From Azolla caroliniana (lineage: Eukaryota > Plantae > Polypodiophyta): a stretch of 64,000 nucleotides of DNA. The notes below the pieces were generated by a model. The model was given only the letters and a program-made list of their open reading frames with translations. It was not told where the DNA came from and did no database searches. How positions within the stretch are numbered: the stretch's first letter is position 1; each line of letters begins with the position of its first letter. The DNA lies in the NCBI GenBank assembly GCA_043228905.1, contig JBHGNT010000006.1, forward strand, positions 13,020,001 to 13,084,000, read 5' to 3'. Positions 1 through 12,200 of this stretch are shown here, piece after piece. Position numbers and translations under genes: made by a program.

Positions 1-1886
1 GAAAGGAGTCCGATGTACGGTAGCGTGTAATGGCGTGGCGAAGTCCGCCAAATACCGTATCATCCGACTATGCCACCGTATTTGGCCTAGAAACCGGCTA
101 AGTGATTTGGCATTTGTCGGAGTTTTAGCTTGCGTAATAGCGGAGATCTTGTTTGGGTCGACCGCTATTCCTTCCTTGCTGACAATGTGGCCTAGGAGAG
201 TCCCGTTGGTCACACCGAAGGCACATTTCGCAGGATTCAGGCTTAAGCGTGCGGTGCGGCAACGTTCCAGGCACAGATGTAAGTGCGGGAAATGGTCTTT
301 TGTTCGCCCATATACCGCAAAATAGTCTAAAAAGACTTGCATGAACGCCAGAATGTATTCCCCAAAGATCTTTGTAATCGTTCGTTGGAATGTTGCCGGC
401 GCTATCTTTAGCCCGAACATCATGACGACCGCCACATAGACTCCCCAGTCTGTGAGAAATGCCGTCTTCTCCTGGTCCTCGGGGTGCATGCGTACTTGGT
501 TATAGCCACTGAAGCCATCTAAGAAACTGTACATCTCATGGCCAGTGACAGCGTCCAACACGCTATCGGTGAAGGGTAAGGGAAATGCGTCTGTAATGGT
601 TACGACGTTTAATTTCCGGTAATCCATGCATACCCGTATTTTGCCGTTTTTCTTTGGGACAACCACTATCAGGCTAAGCCATGTCGCTTGTTTCACTGGT
701 CGTATGAACCCCGCCCTCAGCAGCTTGTCAATTTCTTCTTTCACGCGGGTCGCGTAATTGGGGTTCATGCGGTAGCGGCGCTGCTAGACAAGTTTCGCGT
801 CCGTTGCTAAATTGATCTTATGCTTATAGAACTTGGGATCTAACCCCTTCATGTCCTCGTGAGCCCACGTGAAAACATCTTTATATTCCGTGAGTAGTGC
901 GATCATTGTGGTTCTCTGGTCCGGCCTCAATTCCTTTGTTATGGAGAGGAACTGGGGTTCCGATCCCGTACCCACATTCACTTCGTCGAGAGCAGAAGCG
1001 GTGACTCGTCGTGAAATCTCCATTTCCCTTTCGAAGGTCGCTTGTGCTCTGCTGAGTTCCCATATGGACTCTGGGTTTGGTTCGTACGGCTCTTCGTTCG
1101 GAACAATGGCCATAGTATATTCTGTCGCAGTTGCGATGACATCTATCTTGAACAACGGAATAATCAGAGGATGTTCGTCAAGGTACGCTTCCAATTCGGC
1201 ATCCTCCACCCCAGCCAACATATTGATGTCTTCCGCATACAACGGTGTTATCCCCTTAGGTTGTGGCGTGTTGCCTTTCGTAGGTACAAAAACCTTGGTG
1301 CGTCCATGCCAGAAACTGATACACTCTGCTTGATATTTGCTGTCCAAAGCCATGGTCTGCCCAGAAGCACTGCCCAAGCAAGGACGACCGCCGATATGTC
1401 GAAGCAGTGTCCGCCCATGATGATGCCTATTTTGCGAATTAGCCCCAACGGTCGCACTGATCGGGTATCTGCTATGCGAAGCCAGAATGAACACGCCTCC
1501 CATTCGGAAATGCCCAACTGTTCGCAAGTTTTTGCGCTGATCACATTGATGCCTGAGCCGCCGTCGATTACACATCCAGGAACATCCTGTCCGTGCAATA
1601 TTACTGTAATGGCCGGGTTGTGCTGATCCACCACTGGTGGTCCCTCGATGACGTCTGTTAGGATTTTGGCAACACTTGCCCCGGTCATGCCCGCCACGTG
1701 TGCTTCCATGGTCTGGCGGAAACGTGGAACTAGCTGTAGCAGTTTTTCCATAGTTAGCGTGATTTCACAGCCCGCTAACACTTGCCAAATGGGGTCCGGC
1801 CCCGGTTTTTCGTTCTTTGTTCACTTCATTGTGTTCGCGGACTCTTGCCTCATACGTTCCGTATTGGTCGCGTTTGCTTTTTCCAC
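1..1886 (-). pseudogene. pol: G1 protease and reverse transcriptase, disrupted
   Basis: Protease motifs VIDGGSGINVI and LLGRPW (ORF 1248..1781). RT read manually from 1-780: VVVPKKNGKIRVCMDYRKLN, FLDGFSGYNQ, MMFGLK. Stops and a frameshift are present. Confidence 0.9.
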
Positions 1887-3506
1887 CTAGGCTTGGGCTT
1901 GTCGTCGTACCTTGTCCTGCGCAGTCCAATCCGCCGTTTTCGTTTGCTGGCGTGTTGTGACTTGTTGCACCTCTGTCATAATTGTGTTGACGGCGGGCCC
2001 CTTTCCCTTGCGTGCCGGGCATTGCGTGGCATAGTGTCCGGGTTGCTGACAAATAAAACAATGGATGCTTGATTCTCCCTTCTCAGCCCCAGGTGGAGTG
2101 TGCCGTTCTCCGGGCGCTACTTGCTCTTCGCGGTCCGGCCTCGTTTGTCGGGACGTACGTGGTGGCTGCTGTTGGTCCCGTCGTTGTTCCTGGTGCCGCT
2201 CATCCCCCGAGCTTTCGTCATAACGCCGGTGATCCTTATATTGTCGAGGCTTACCCCGATAGCCATTGAAGCTGCCCCGTTTGTTTGTCGGGCGTTGATG
2301 TTCGTATCGCCGACCCCCTTTGGCGTAACTCGGATGTCCACGATAATCCTCGTCCTCCGGGTCCTCCTCCTCGGACTCGTTGTGATTCTGGCGATTCCGG
2401 TTGTACCTGTCCTCCCACGGGTTGCGATCCTTATACTGGGGTCGGTCTTCTTGCCTCCTTTGTTCCGCCCGGTGCGGTTGCTGCTGTGTGTCCATGCTGC
2501 AGACTGCGGGAGTGGCTCTGTTTAACATATTGTACTCGCATTGGTCGACTGTGTGAACCTTCAAGTGGCAGATTGGGCAGTGGATTCGCATATTGCACTC
2601 CACTGCGGAATGCCCCGAATTCAAGCAAATCGTGCACTGGATTGCCTGACGAAATTGGCGTTCCTCATCCTGAGGTAACGCTTGTCGTAAGGATGACATC
2701 GAAAACCTCTCCTCCTCGTCATCCAACTCGAGCTGTAACACTCGTTCAATCACCATATCTGCCATTTCCCCTTTCACGCTATTGCTGTTGAGCGTTGCCC
2801 GGATGGGCCGTCGTAACGCTGCTAGAAATGTCTCTCGAGCCTCCTCCTCCGTGGGGCTTCGATCCAGTTTCCGTCGTAAATTTTGGAAACGTAAGCTGAA
2901 GTCTGCTATCTTCTCGGTCGGTAGTTGCTTAATTGTATAAAACTGCCCGAGAATCTCGCATTGTGGAACCCTCCGGTGGAAGAATTGCAAGAAGGCAGAC
3001 TGCAGCTGATCGAAGGTTGTTATGGCTGGTAAATCCATCTGTGAATGCCAGAACGCCGCACGCCCATCTAATGTTAATCCAAACTCCGTCATTTTCAACT
3101 GGTGTGCCACCGTCTCGGAAAGGTTCTGCGCCATGTGGTTCGCATTCCAAACATTCAAGAACATGCGAATATGAGTTGCGGCGTCGGTTTCGTCGTTAAA
3201 GCGGGGATAGGCAAAGGCCATCGTGGGAGCTACGGCGGATCGGAAAAGGTCACCGGGTGGCTGCGGTAAGCGTGGTCCCCTCGCCTCATTGAGGTATTTG
3301 GGGAGCAAGGAATCCCCTTTGCACTCCTGGCAGGTATTACTGAGGTCGCCGATGCGCGGCTTTTGCCGAGCGCGTTCTTCTGCCTGGCGTGTGACGGACC
3401 TTGTTATTGGCCGGTCTTGTCTTGTTGGTTCTCTAGGTCTTATGCAGCTAAACATCCATTCATTGTTGCTCGTCTGTGAGGAAACACAGATCACCAAGCG
3501 TGCCAA
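1887..3506 (-). CDS. gag: G1 Gag with three CCHC zinc knuckles; true start probably near 3222 (MAFAYPRF)
   Basis: Retrotrans_gag-like segment FGLTLDGRAAFW...QL...FSLRF. Knuckles CTICLNSGHSAVEC, CPICHLKVHTVDQC, CFICQQPGHYATQC. In frame with the protease across a TAG. Confidence 0.88.
   Translation of the reverse strand: MARLVICVSSQTSNNEWMFSCIRPREPTRQDRPITRSVTRQAEERARQKPRIGDLSNTCQECKGDSLLPKYLNEARGPRLPQPPGDLFRSAVAPTMAFAYPRFNDETDAATHIRMFLNVWNANHMAQNLSETVAHQLKMTEFGLTLDGRAAFWHSQMDLPAITTFDQLQSAFLQFFHRRVPQCEILGQFYTIKQLPTEKIADFSLRFQNLRRKLDRSPTEEEARETFLAALRRPIRATLNSNSVKGEMADMVIERVLQLELDDEEERFSMSSLRQALPQDEERQFRQAIQCTICLNSGHSAVECNMRIHCPICHLKVHTVDQCEYNMLNRATPAVCSMDTQQQPHRAEQRRQEDRPQYKDRNPWEDRYNRNRQNHNESEEEDPEDEDYRGHPSYAKGGRRYEHQRPTNKRGSFNGYRGKPRQYKDHRRYDESSGDERHQEQRRDQQQPPRTSRQTRPDREEQVAPGERHTPPGAEKGESSIHCFICQQPGHYATQCPARKGKGPAVNTIMTEVQQVTTRQQTKTADWTAQDKVRRQAQA
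3494..3505 (-). promoter_or_regulatory. PBS of G1, degenerate tRNA-Arg(UCU)-like
   Basis: TGGCACGCTTGG lies just inside the LTR and resembles the TGGCACGCCC PBS of Tat-type gypsy elements. Confidence 0.6.
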
Positions 3507-3754
3507 ATGTGTTGCCTCTTAGGAACACGGTCCGTGGTCAGTCCTTCGACCTAGACCCCAAGGTGGGTGTGGAACAACGAACAGAGCTTAAGCGTACTAC
3601 GTAAGGAGAGAACCTCTGTGATTCCTCCGGGTGTACGGGGAGACGGCTACAACCGACTCCTTATCACAGGTTGCACTTACGTACTACTACACTTATGTAT
3701 CCGAGACACAGACACTGAATTAGTCGCAGCTATACACAGAAACTCAGAGAAGAT

Positions 3755-4360
3755 TGTTGGGATTACGGTCCCTTCGGATGGGATGGTCGGATGTCGGAGA
3801 TGAATGCCGACAAGCCCGGTTGCGGTTTCGGAACCGGATGATGAAGACCCCGGCTTCGGAGCCGGATGACGAATGTACCCGGAGAGAGATCCGGATGCGG
3901 GGACATATCTGTGAATATGTTTACCAAGGGCCCTTGAGGCTATAGTTGTAAATAGCCCCAAAGTCATATGTGTATAAATATGACTTAGGGCAAACAGGTT
4001 TATTGTTGCTACTCATTTTTTCTGTTTTTCCACTCAAGAGGAGTGAAGAGAGAGAGCAGCCGTGAGAGAGATAGAGCGTGAGAGAGGAAGAGGTCGACGC
4101 CTCTGTGTAATACCGCCGCCTGTGGCGAGGACAGCGAGTTCAAGGTCGTCGCCTTGCAGCTCGCCATTGTATATTTCTCTGTGCATAGTTTGGTTCGGAG
4201 TCTTGTACTCCCGTGGTTTTTCCCGTACAGGGTTTTCCACGTTAAATCGTGTGTCCACTTATTTACTTCTGCATTTCCCATTTTCTGCAACAACGATTCG
4301 TGTGTTTCCTTGGTTGTGGCCGAGAGGTGAAGTTTGGAAAGTGTCGTTTAATTTCCATCA
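3755..4360 (+). repeat. 5' LTR of A1
   Basis: TG...CA termini; direct repeat of 8475-9080. Confidence 0.98.
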
Positions 4361-4363
4361 ATT

Positions 4364-4375
4364 TGGTATCAGAGC
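4364..4375 (+). promoter_or_regulatory. PBS of A1 (tRNA-iMet)
   Basis: TGGTATCAGAGC, 3 nt after the LTR. Confidence 0.95.
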
Positions 4376-4390
4376 GGGCTGCTGCAGAAA

Positions 4391-7300
4391 ATGGAAGGCG
4401 GCGGCAGCGGGCAGCCGGGGATGATGGTGCTGAATGCGCAGAATTACGCCGACTGGAAGATCAAGATGGAGGATCTTCTTATTGTTCGGGACCTGTACGA
4501 ACCGATTGACAGGTCGGAAATACCGAAGGGGGTACTTGAGTCGGAATGGAGGCTTCTGAACCGGAAAGCCGTTGCAACCATTCGGCAATACGTCGACGTG
4601 AGCGTTCTACAACATGTAGTGAACGACATCAACGCATATGAGATGTGGCGGAAGCTGTCGGGCCTCTACGAGAGGAAGAATGCGTTGAACCGGACCTCCC
4701 TGATGAGGAAGATAGTGAACCTCAAGTACCGGGATGGCGAGAGTATGGTGGAACACGTAAGCACATTCATGGGATTCGTGAACCAGCTTGCGGCGATCAA
4801 GTTCCCGCTGGAGGATGCAATGCAAGCCATCATTCTGATGTGTACATTGCCGGAAAGCTGGGAGAACTTGGTGGTGACTCTCAGCACCTCCTGCACGGAA
4901 GATAACTTGTCCCTACAAACGGTAAAGACAAGTATTTTGAACGAAGAAGCGCGTCGGAGAGATAAAGAACCGGCCTCCGACTCGAAGGCGCTGCTTACCG
5001 AATCGGAACGGGGAAGACAATGGAACCGGAGTCCGCAAAGACGGGAGAAGTCGGGGACCCGGTCGCAGTCAAGAGGAAGACCCACATGCTTCCACTGTGG
5101 GAAGCCGGGGCACTTCCGGAAGAATTGTCGGCATTACCGAAAGGACAATGGAGCCGACGACACCGATTCGAAGAAGTCACCGGAGAGAAACGGTGCATAC
5201 CGGGGAGCCACGGACCGGAGAGGTCCGGATCGGCGAGGGCAGGACCGGAAAGGAACGACGGCACTCGCGGCAAGTGAGGAAGAAATCATGCTCATCACCG
5301 AAGAAGGTGAACTAAACATTGCCGGCGATGAGACGACCTGGGTGGTCGATTCCGGAGCATCGTTCCACCTGACCCCGGAGAGAAGATACTTCTCATCCTA
5401 CACAGCCGGTGAGCATGGCTGTGTTCGGATGGGAAATGAAGGTATGTGCCGGATTGCCGGCATAGGAGACGTGTGGTTGACAACCTCGACCGGATGCAAA
5501 ATGCTGCTGAAGGATGTCCGACACGTTCCGGAGGTTCGATTGAACCTGATTTCGGCCGGGAGGCTAGACGATGAAGGCTACACAGGTAGCATCCGGAACG
5601 GCATAATGAAGTTCAGCAAGGGGAGCCTGATAGTGGCTCGGGCCCGAAAAGTCAACACACTGTACCTTATGAATGCCTGGTTGTGTCCGGAAGAGTTGAA
5701 CGTGGCAGCCGACACTGCCGGTGAGCTGTGGCACAAGAGACTGTGCCACATGAGTGAGAAGGGGATGAAGAGGCTTGCAGAAGACAACCTTATTCCAGTG
5801 AAGCATGTGCACCTGGAGAAGTGCACCGATTGCCTGGCCGGTAAGCAGAACCGAACCTCCTTCCACTCAAGGCCACCGACGAGACGTAGCGCACCATTGG
5901 AGTTGGTGCACACTGATGTGTGTCAGGTAGAAACGAAGTCACATGGCGGAGCCCAGTACTTCGTAACATTCATTGATGATCATAGCCGAAAACTGTGGAC
6001 GGCACCGCTGAAGACAAAGGACCAAGTGTTGTGCGTCTTCAAAGAACTCCACGCGAGAGTGGAAAGGGAATCCGGCAAGAAGCTGAAAGCGATACGAGCG
6101 GATAACGGAGGGGAATACCGGGGGCAGTTCGCGGAGTACTGTCGCTCGAAGGGAATCCGGCTCGAGTTTACTGTGCCGAAGACGCCGGAACTGAACGGGC
6201 TGGCCGAGAGGATGAACCGGACCATAATGGAGAGGGTCCGGAGTATGCTGGCGCATGCGGGATTACCCAAGGGGTTTTGGGTTGAGGCTATGTCGACGGC
6301 GACATACGTGATAAACAGATCACCCTCAGTACCTTTGGAAGGAGACACGCCGCAGAGAGTGTGGACCGGTAGGGAAGTATCCTACCGGCATCTGAAGGTG
6401 TTCGGGTGTCTCGCATATGTGCATGTGGCTAAGGACCGGAGAGGAAAGCTAGATCCAAAGACCCGGCCATGCATATTCCTCGGTTATGGCGATGACGAGT
6501 TCGGCTACCGAGTATGGGACCCGGTCGACAAGAAGATATTCCGGAGTCGTGATATCATCTTCATGGAGAACAAGATACTCGCCGACTGGGAGTCGGAGAA
6601 GAAGATGAAGAGCTCCAAGTCGACCGGTGAGGATCAACTCTACGAGGAGCAGTCCCGACCGGCAAGGGACCAGTTAGCACTCGAGGATCCGGCCGAAGAC
6701 GGTGAAGAAACAGAACCGGCCGAAGAAGATGAAAATAATACCGGAACCGGCCCCGATCCCGAAATGGATTCGGATGAAGAAGAATCGGAAGAACCGGTTA
6801 CCGAAGCTCCGGAACGGAGATATCCTCTAAGAGAGAGAAGGGCCCCCCGGAGATTTCCGGAACCAGAGCACGTGCTGCTAACCGACGAAGGGGAGCCGGA
6901 AAGCTTTGAAGAAGCGAAGCATGACACCCATAGCCGCAGGTGGTTAAGTGCCATGCAGGAGGAGATGGATTCCCTGCATGAGAACCACACATATGAACTT
7001 GTGGAGCTGCCGAAAGGAAAACGGGCACTCCGTAACAAGTGGGTGTTCAAGCTGAAACCGGGAGATGCCGGAAACCCCCCGAGATACAAAGCCAGGATCG
7101 TGGTGAAGGGGTTTCAGCAGAAGAAGGGCGTCGACTTCGACGAGATATTTGCCCCGGTAGTGAAGATGACCTCCATCCGGACGGTGCTGAGCATAGCGGC
7201 AAGCATGGACCTCGAGGTAGAACAGATGGACGTGAAGACGGCATTCCTTCACGGTGACCTCGATGAAGAGATCTACATGCAGCAACCGGAAGGATTCGAG

Positions 7301-8464
7301 AAGAAAGGGAAGGAGCACCTGGTATGCCGGTTGAAGAAGAGCCTTTACGGACTGAAGCAGGCTCCCCGGCAATGGTACCGGAAGTTTGACTCTTTCATGA
7401 CCGACGAAGGGTACCTCAAAACGCAGTCCGACCACTGCGTGTTTGTGAAGAAGTTCGAAGGAGGAGACTTTCTAATACTCCTCCTGTACGTGGACGACAT
7501 GTTGATCGTCGGACGAGACCAGGTCAAGATACGGATGCTGAAGAAGGCTCTTCACCGAACCTTCTCAATGAAGGACCTGGGTCCGGCGAGGCAAATACTA
7601 GGGATGCACATCATCCGGGACCGGAAGAAGAAGCAGTTGTGGCTGTCACAGGAGAAGTACGTGACAAAGGTGCTTCACCGGTTCAACATGTCGGAAGCAA
7701 GACCGGTCGGGTCAACACTCCCGGCAAACTGCAAGCTGTCCAGCAAGCAAAGCCCCAAGACAAAGGCTGAGAAGGAGGACATGATGAAAGTACCATATGC
7801 CTCTGCCGTCGGGAGCTTGATGTACGCAATGGTGTGTACCCGACCGGACATAGGATATGCAGTCGGAGTGGTGAGCCGGTACATGAGCAATCCCGGCAAA
7901 GAGCATTGGAACGCGGCCAAGTGGATACTCTGATACCTGAAGGGCACGACAAACGTGTGCCTCCGATTCGGCTCCGGTAAGCCCGAACTCGACGGCTTCA
8001 CCGATTCGGATATGTCGGCTGATGCAGATACCAGCCGGTCCACATCAGGGTATGTGATGACGTATGCAGGGGGAGCTGTTTCATGGCAGTCGAGGCTGCA
8101 GAAGACGGTTGCGTTGTCAACCACGGAGGCGGAGTACATGGCGGCTGTTGAAGCCGGCAAGGAAATAATATGGATGAAGGACTTCATTAGAGAGCTCGGT
8201 ATCCGGCAGGAGGAGTACCGACTCTACTGCAACAGTCAGAGTGCAATCCACCTTGCGAAGAACGCGGCCTATCACTCCCGGACGAAGCACATCCAACGAA
8301 GATATCACTGGATCCGGGAAAGGATAGAAGACAAGGAGTTCGTGCTGACGAAGATCCACACGGACGAGAACGGGTCGGATATGCTGACCAAGGTGCTCAC
8401 ACCCGACAAGCTGGAAGCATGCCGGAAGAGGATCGGATTGGAGAGACATCCCATGCCGAAGTGA
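4391..8464 (+). pseudogene. gag-pol: A1 Gag-Pol (Gag, protease, integrase, RT, RNase H) with one premature stop at 7931-7933
   Basis: CFHCGKPGHFRKNC, WVVDSGAS, LWHKRLCH, ELVHTDV...DNGGEY...NGLAER, YVDD, TEAEY. KWIL*YLKG is in frame with ORF 7955..8464. Confidence 0.97.
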
Positions 8465-8472
8465 AGGGGGAG
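8458..8472 (+). promoter_or_regulatory. PPT of A1
   Basis: GAAGTGAAGGGGGAG just before the 3' LTR. Confidence 0.9.
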
Positions 8473-8474
8473 TT

Positions 8475-9080
8475 TGTTGGGATTACGGTCCCTTCGGATG
8501 GGATGGTCGGATGTCGGAGATGAATGCCGACAAGCCCGGTTGCGGTTTCGGAACCGGATGATGAAGACCCCGGCTTCGGAGCCGGATGACGAATGTACCC
8601 GGAGAGAGATCCGGATGCGGGGACATATCTGTGAATATGTTTACCAAGGGCCCTTGAGGCTATAGTTGTAAATAGCCCCAAAGTCATATGTGTATAAATA
8701 TGACTTAGGGCAAACAGGTTTATTGTTGCTACTCATTTTTTCTGTTTTTCCACTCAAGAGGAGTGAAGAGAGAGAGCAGCCGTGAGAGAGATAGAGCGTG
8801 AGAGAGGAAGAGGTCGACGCCTCTGTGTAATACCGCCGCCTGTGGCGAGGACAGCGAGCTCAAGGTCGTCGCCTTGCAGCTCGCCATTGTATATTTCTCT
8901 GTGCATAGTTTGGTTCGGAGTCTTGTACTCCCGTGGTTTTTCCCGTACAGGGTTTTCCACGTTAAATCGTGTGTCCACTTATTTACTTCTGCATTTCCCA
9001 TTTTCTGCAACAACGATTCGTGTGTTTCCTTGGTTGTGGCCGAGAGGTGAAGTTTGGAAAGTGTCATTTAATTTCCATCA
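8475..9080 (+). repeat. 3' LTR of A1
   Basis: Direct repeat of 3755-4360, followed by the TSD AAGAT. Confidence 0.98.
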
Positions 9081-9279
9081 AAGATAGTATTTTATTATCA
9101 GGCGTTCTTTTTCATTTCCCAAAAATTACACGCACCTCCTTTAGAGGTTTTCTGCCCTTTATATATGTAGGGTCTAATTAGCCGTTCACACTTCCCGCGT
9201 GAACCGTTACATACGTTACGCTTATATAGTTTCTTATTCCTACGCTTTTGGCCGTCGGTTACTATTCCGGTGGACAACA

Positions 9280-12200
9280 GTTTAAGCTAACCGGCTCCAA
9301 CTACTCAGTGTGGAAGTCGAAGATGAGAGACATGCTCGTGTGCAAAGATCTTTGGTTGTCAGTGTAGTTCGGAGATAAAAGACCAGACAAGATCGATGCA
9401 TTGACTTGGGAAGTGTTGCATCTGAAGGCGGCCACATACATAAGGTGTTTTATAGACATGAGTCTATACAACAACTTCGGCGAAGAAACAAAAGCAGACA
9501 TCCTATGGAAGAAGATCGGCGTCATGTTCGAAAACAAGAACGTTGTGAATTGAGTCTCAGTATTTTGGAAAATTGTGAGGCTCCGGTATCAAGATGGCTC
9601 CAGTATGGCAGAGCACATCAATGCCTTCCAAGGATTGATGAATCAAACCACCTCTCTAGAAGTACCTCTAGCCGATGAGATATTAGCATTACTGTTTCTG
9701 AGATCCCTTCTAGACAGGTGGGAGATGCTCGTTGTCACATTGGGTAACGCGGGATCAGAAGGGAAACATCTATCCCTAGAGCAGGTGAAGTCAAGCTTGC
9801 TGAATGAAAAAGCTCGTCGGAAGGATCGAGAGTCCAATACCAACCTAAAGGCCTTAGTCACGGAAGGTGACACGATTAAGGGAAGAGGCCAAAATTGAAG
9901 TCCCCTAGACTGAGATAAGTCGGGGACCAGGTCAAAGTCGAGGGGGAGGCCCACATGCTTCTATTGTGGGAAGCCAAGGCATTTCTAGAAAAACTGCCGA
10001 CACTTTCGAAAGGAGAAAACGGGAGCTGATGGTGTAGAGCCAAAGAAAATCTTGGACAGGAAGAACACCTCAACAATTGTTGCGAGTGAGGAGGAGTTGT
10101 TGCTCATAAGTGAGCAAAATGAAGTGAATCTCGCCGGTGAAGAATCGACATGGGTGGTTGATTCGGGTGCGTCATCCCACCTAACCCCTGACCGAAAGTG
10201 CTTCTCATCCTATAGAGTTGGAGATCTCGGATCCGTAAAGATGGGAATTGGAGTATGACAAATCGTTGGCATTGGAGATGTGTGTTTGGAAATCTCAACT
10301 GGGTGCAAACTCATGTTGAGAGATGTACGACACATTCGGGAGCTTCGATTGAACCTAATATCAGCCAATTGGCTAGATGATGAGGGCTACATGGGTACCA
10401 TCCGAAATGATGTCATGTAGTTCTGCCGAGGAAGTCTGATTGTGGCTCAAGCTTGGATGACCAACATAGTGTACAATAATGAATGCTCGAATATGCCAAG
10501 GGGAAGCAAATGTGGTAGCTGACACAGTTGGTGAACTGTGGCACAGGAGGTTGTGCCATATGAGCCAGAAGGGGATGCGAAAGCTTGCGGAGGACAACCA
10601 CATTCCGGAGGTGAAAGGCGTGCATCTTGAGAAGTGCACCGATTGCTTGGACGGCAAGCAAAACCAAACCTCTTTCCGAACAAGACCACCATTGAGACGG
10701 AATGCACCGCTAGAATTTGTGAATACTGACATATGCGAAGTGGACACGAAGTCACATGCTGGATCACAATACTTCATGATGTTCATAGATGACCACAGTC
10801 GGAAATTGTGGGTCTCACCGCTGAAGACGAAGGATCAGGTATTGTCCATCTTCAAGGACTTCCACGCGAGAGTGGAAAAGGAAACCGACCAGAAGTTGAA
10901 GGCGGTTCGAGCGGACAACAGAGGAGAATATCGGGGCAACTCAAGGAGTAATGCCGGTCGAAGGGAATCCGGCTCAAATTTACTGTGTCGAAGACACCGG
11001 AGCTAAACAGATTGGTCGAGAGGATGAACCAGACTGTAATGGAGAGAGTCCGGAGTATGCTAGCACATGCAAAGTTACCCAAGATGTTCTGGGCTGAGGC
11101 ATTGATGACAACGACCTATATGATAAACATATCACCCTCAACACACTTGGAAGGAGACTCACCGCAAAAGGTATGGACCGGTAAAGACATGTCTTACCGG
11201 CATCTGAAGGTGTTCGGCTGTCTCACCTATGTGCATGTAACACCTAAGGTCAAGAGAGCGAAATTGGATCTGAAGTCCGACCATGCATATTCCTTGGATA
11301 CGGTGATGATGAGTTTGGATACCGAGTGTGGGATTTGGTTGACAAGAAGGTGTTCTAGAGTCGAGACATAGTCTTCATGGAGGACAAGAGTATTGCCAAT
11401 TGGGAGTTGAAGAAGAAGATAGCAAAGTCCAAATCAACCGGCTGGACCCATCTAGCTGGAAGCCAGATAACACTCGAAGAACCAGCCAGAGTTGGACAAG
11501 AGACTGAACCGATCGACGACGAAGATCAGGACACCGGAACCAGACAAGACCCCGAATCAGATTCGGATGAAGAACAAATGGAGGAACTAGTAGCCGAGAA
11601 CCAAGGAAGAAGATATCCTCTTAGAGAGAGAAGAGCCCCCCGGAGATTTCCGGATGCAGAACATGTGTTACTGACCGATGTGGGGGAGCTGGAAAGTTTC
11701 GAAGAAGCAAAGAAAGACACCCACAACCACAAGTGGTTGAATGCCATGCAGGATGAGATGGATTCCCTACATGAGAACCATACATATGAGCTAGCGGAGT
11801 TGCCGAAAGGAAAGAGGGCACTCCGGAACAAGTGGGTGTAGAAGTTGAAACTGGGGGACTTCGGAAATCCACCAAGGTATAAGGCCCGCATTGTGGTAAA
11901 GGGCTTCCAACAAAAGAAAGGGGTGGATTTCGATGAGATCTTTGCCCTGGTAGTGAAAATGGCATCCATCCGAACGATGTTGAGCATATTGGCAAGCATG
12001 GATCTCAAAGTCAAACAACTAGATGTCAAGACAACGTTTTTGCACAGTGATCTCTAAGAGGAGATCTATATGCACCAGCCAGAAGGATTTGTGGAGAAAG
12101 ATAAAGAGAACCTGGTATGCCGATTGAGGAAGAGCTTGTACAGGTTGAAGTAAGCTCCTCGGCAATGGTAGGGAAAATTTGAATCCACAAAACGCAAGCA

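Larger units (their letters stand above)
3755..9080 (+). mobile_element. Full-length, very young Ty1/copia element A1
   Basis: 606-bp LTRs (3755-4360, 8475-9080) with 2 differences seen. TSD AAGAT (3750-3754, 9081-9085). PBS TGGTATCAGAGC and PPT present. Confidence 0.98.
1..9279 (-). mobile_element. Ty3/gypsy element G1: 5' LTR, gag, protease and RT; runs off the window start
   Basis: The LTR has TGTTG...CAACA termini (3510 and 9279) and is split by copia A1. An Arg-like PBS and gag-PR-RT in gypsy order follow. It is inserted at the start of the gag of copia A2. Confidence 0.9.

Noticed and set aside
3567-4424. Short ORFs duplicated at 8397-9181
   Set aside because: They are a by-product of the near-identical A1 LTRs and not genes.
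7931-7933. Programmed read-through stop between RT and RNase H in A1
   Set aside because: Homologues A2 and C1 have Arg here (KWILRYL), so CGA>TGA decay is the simpler explanation.
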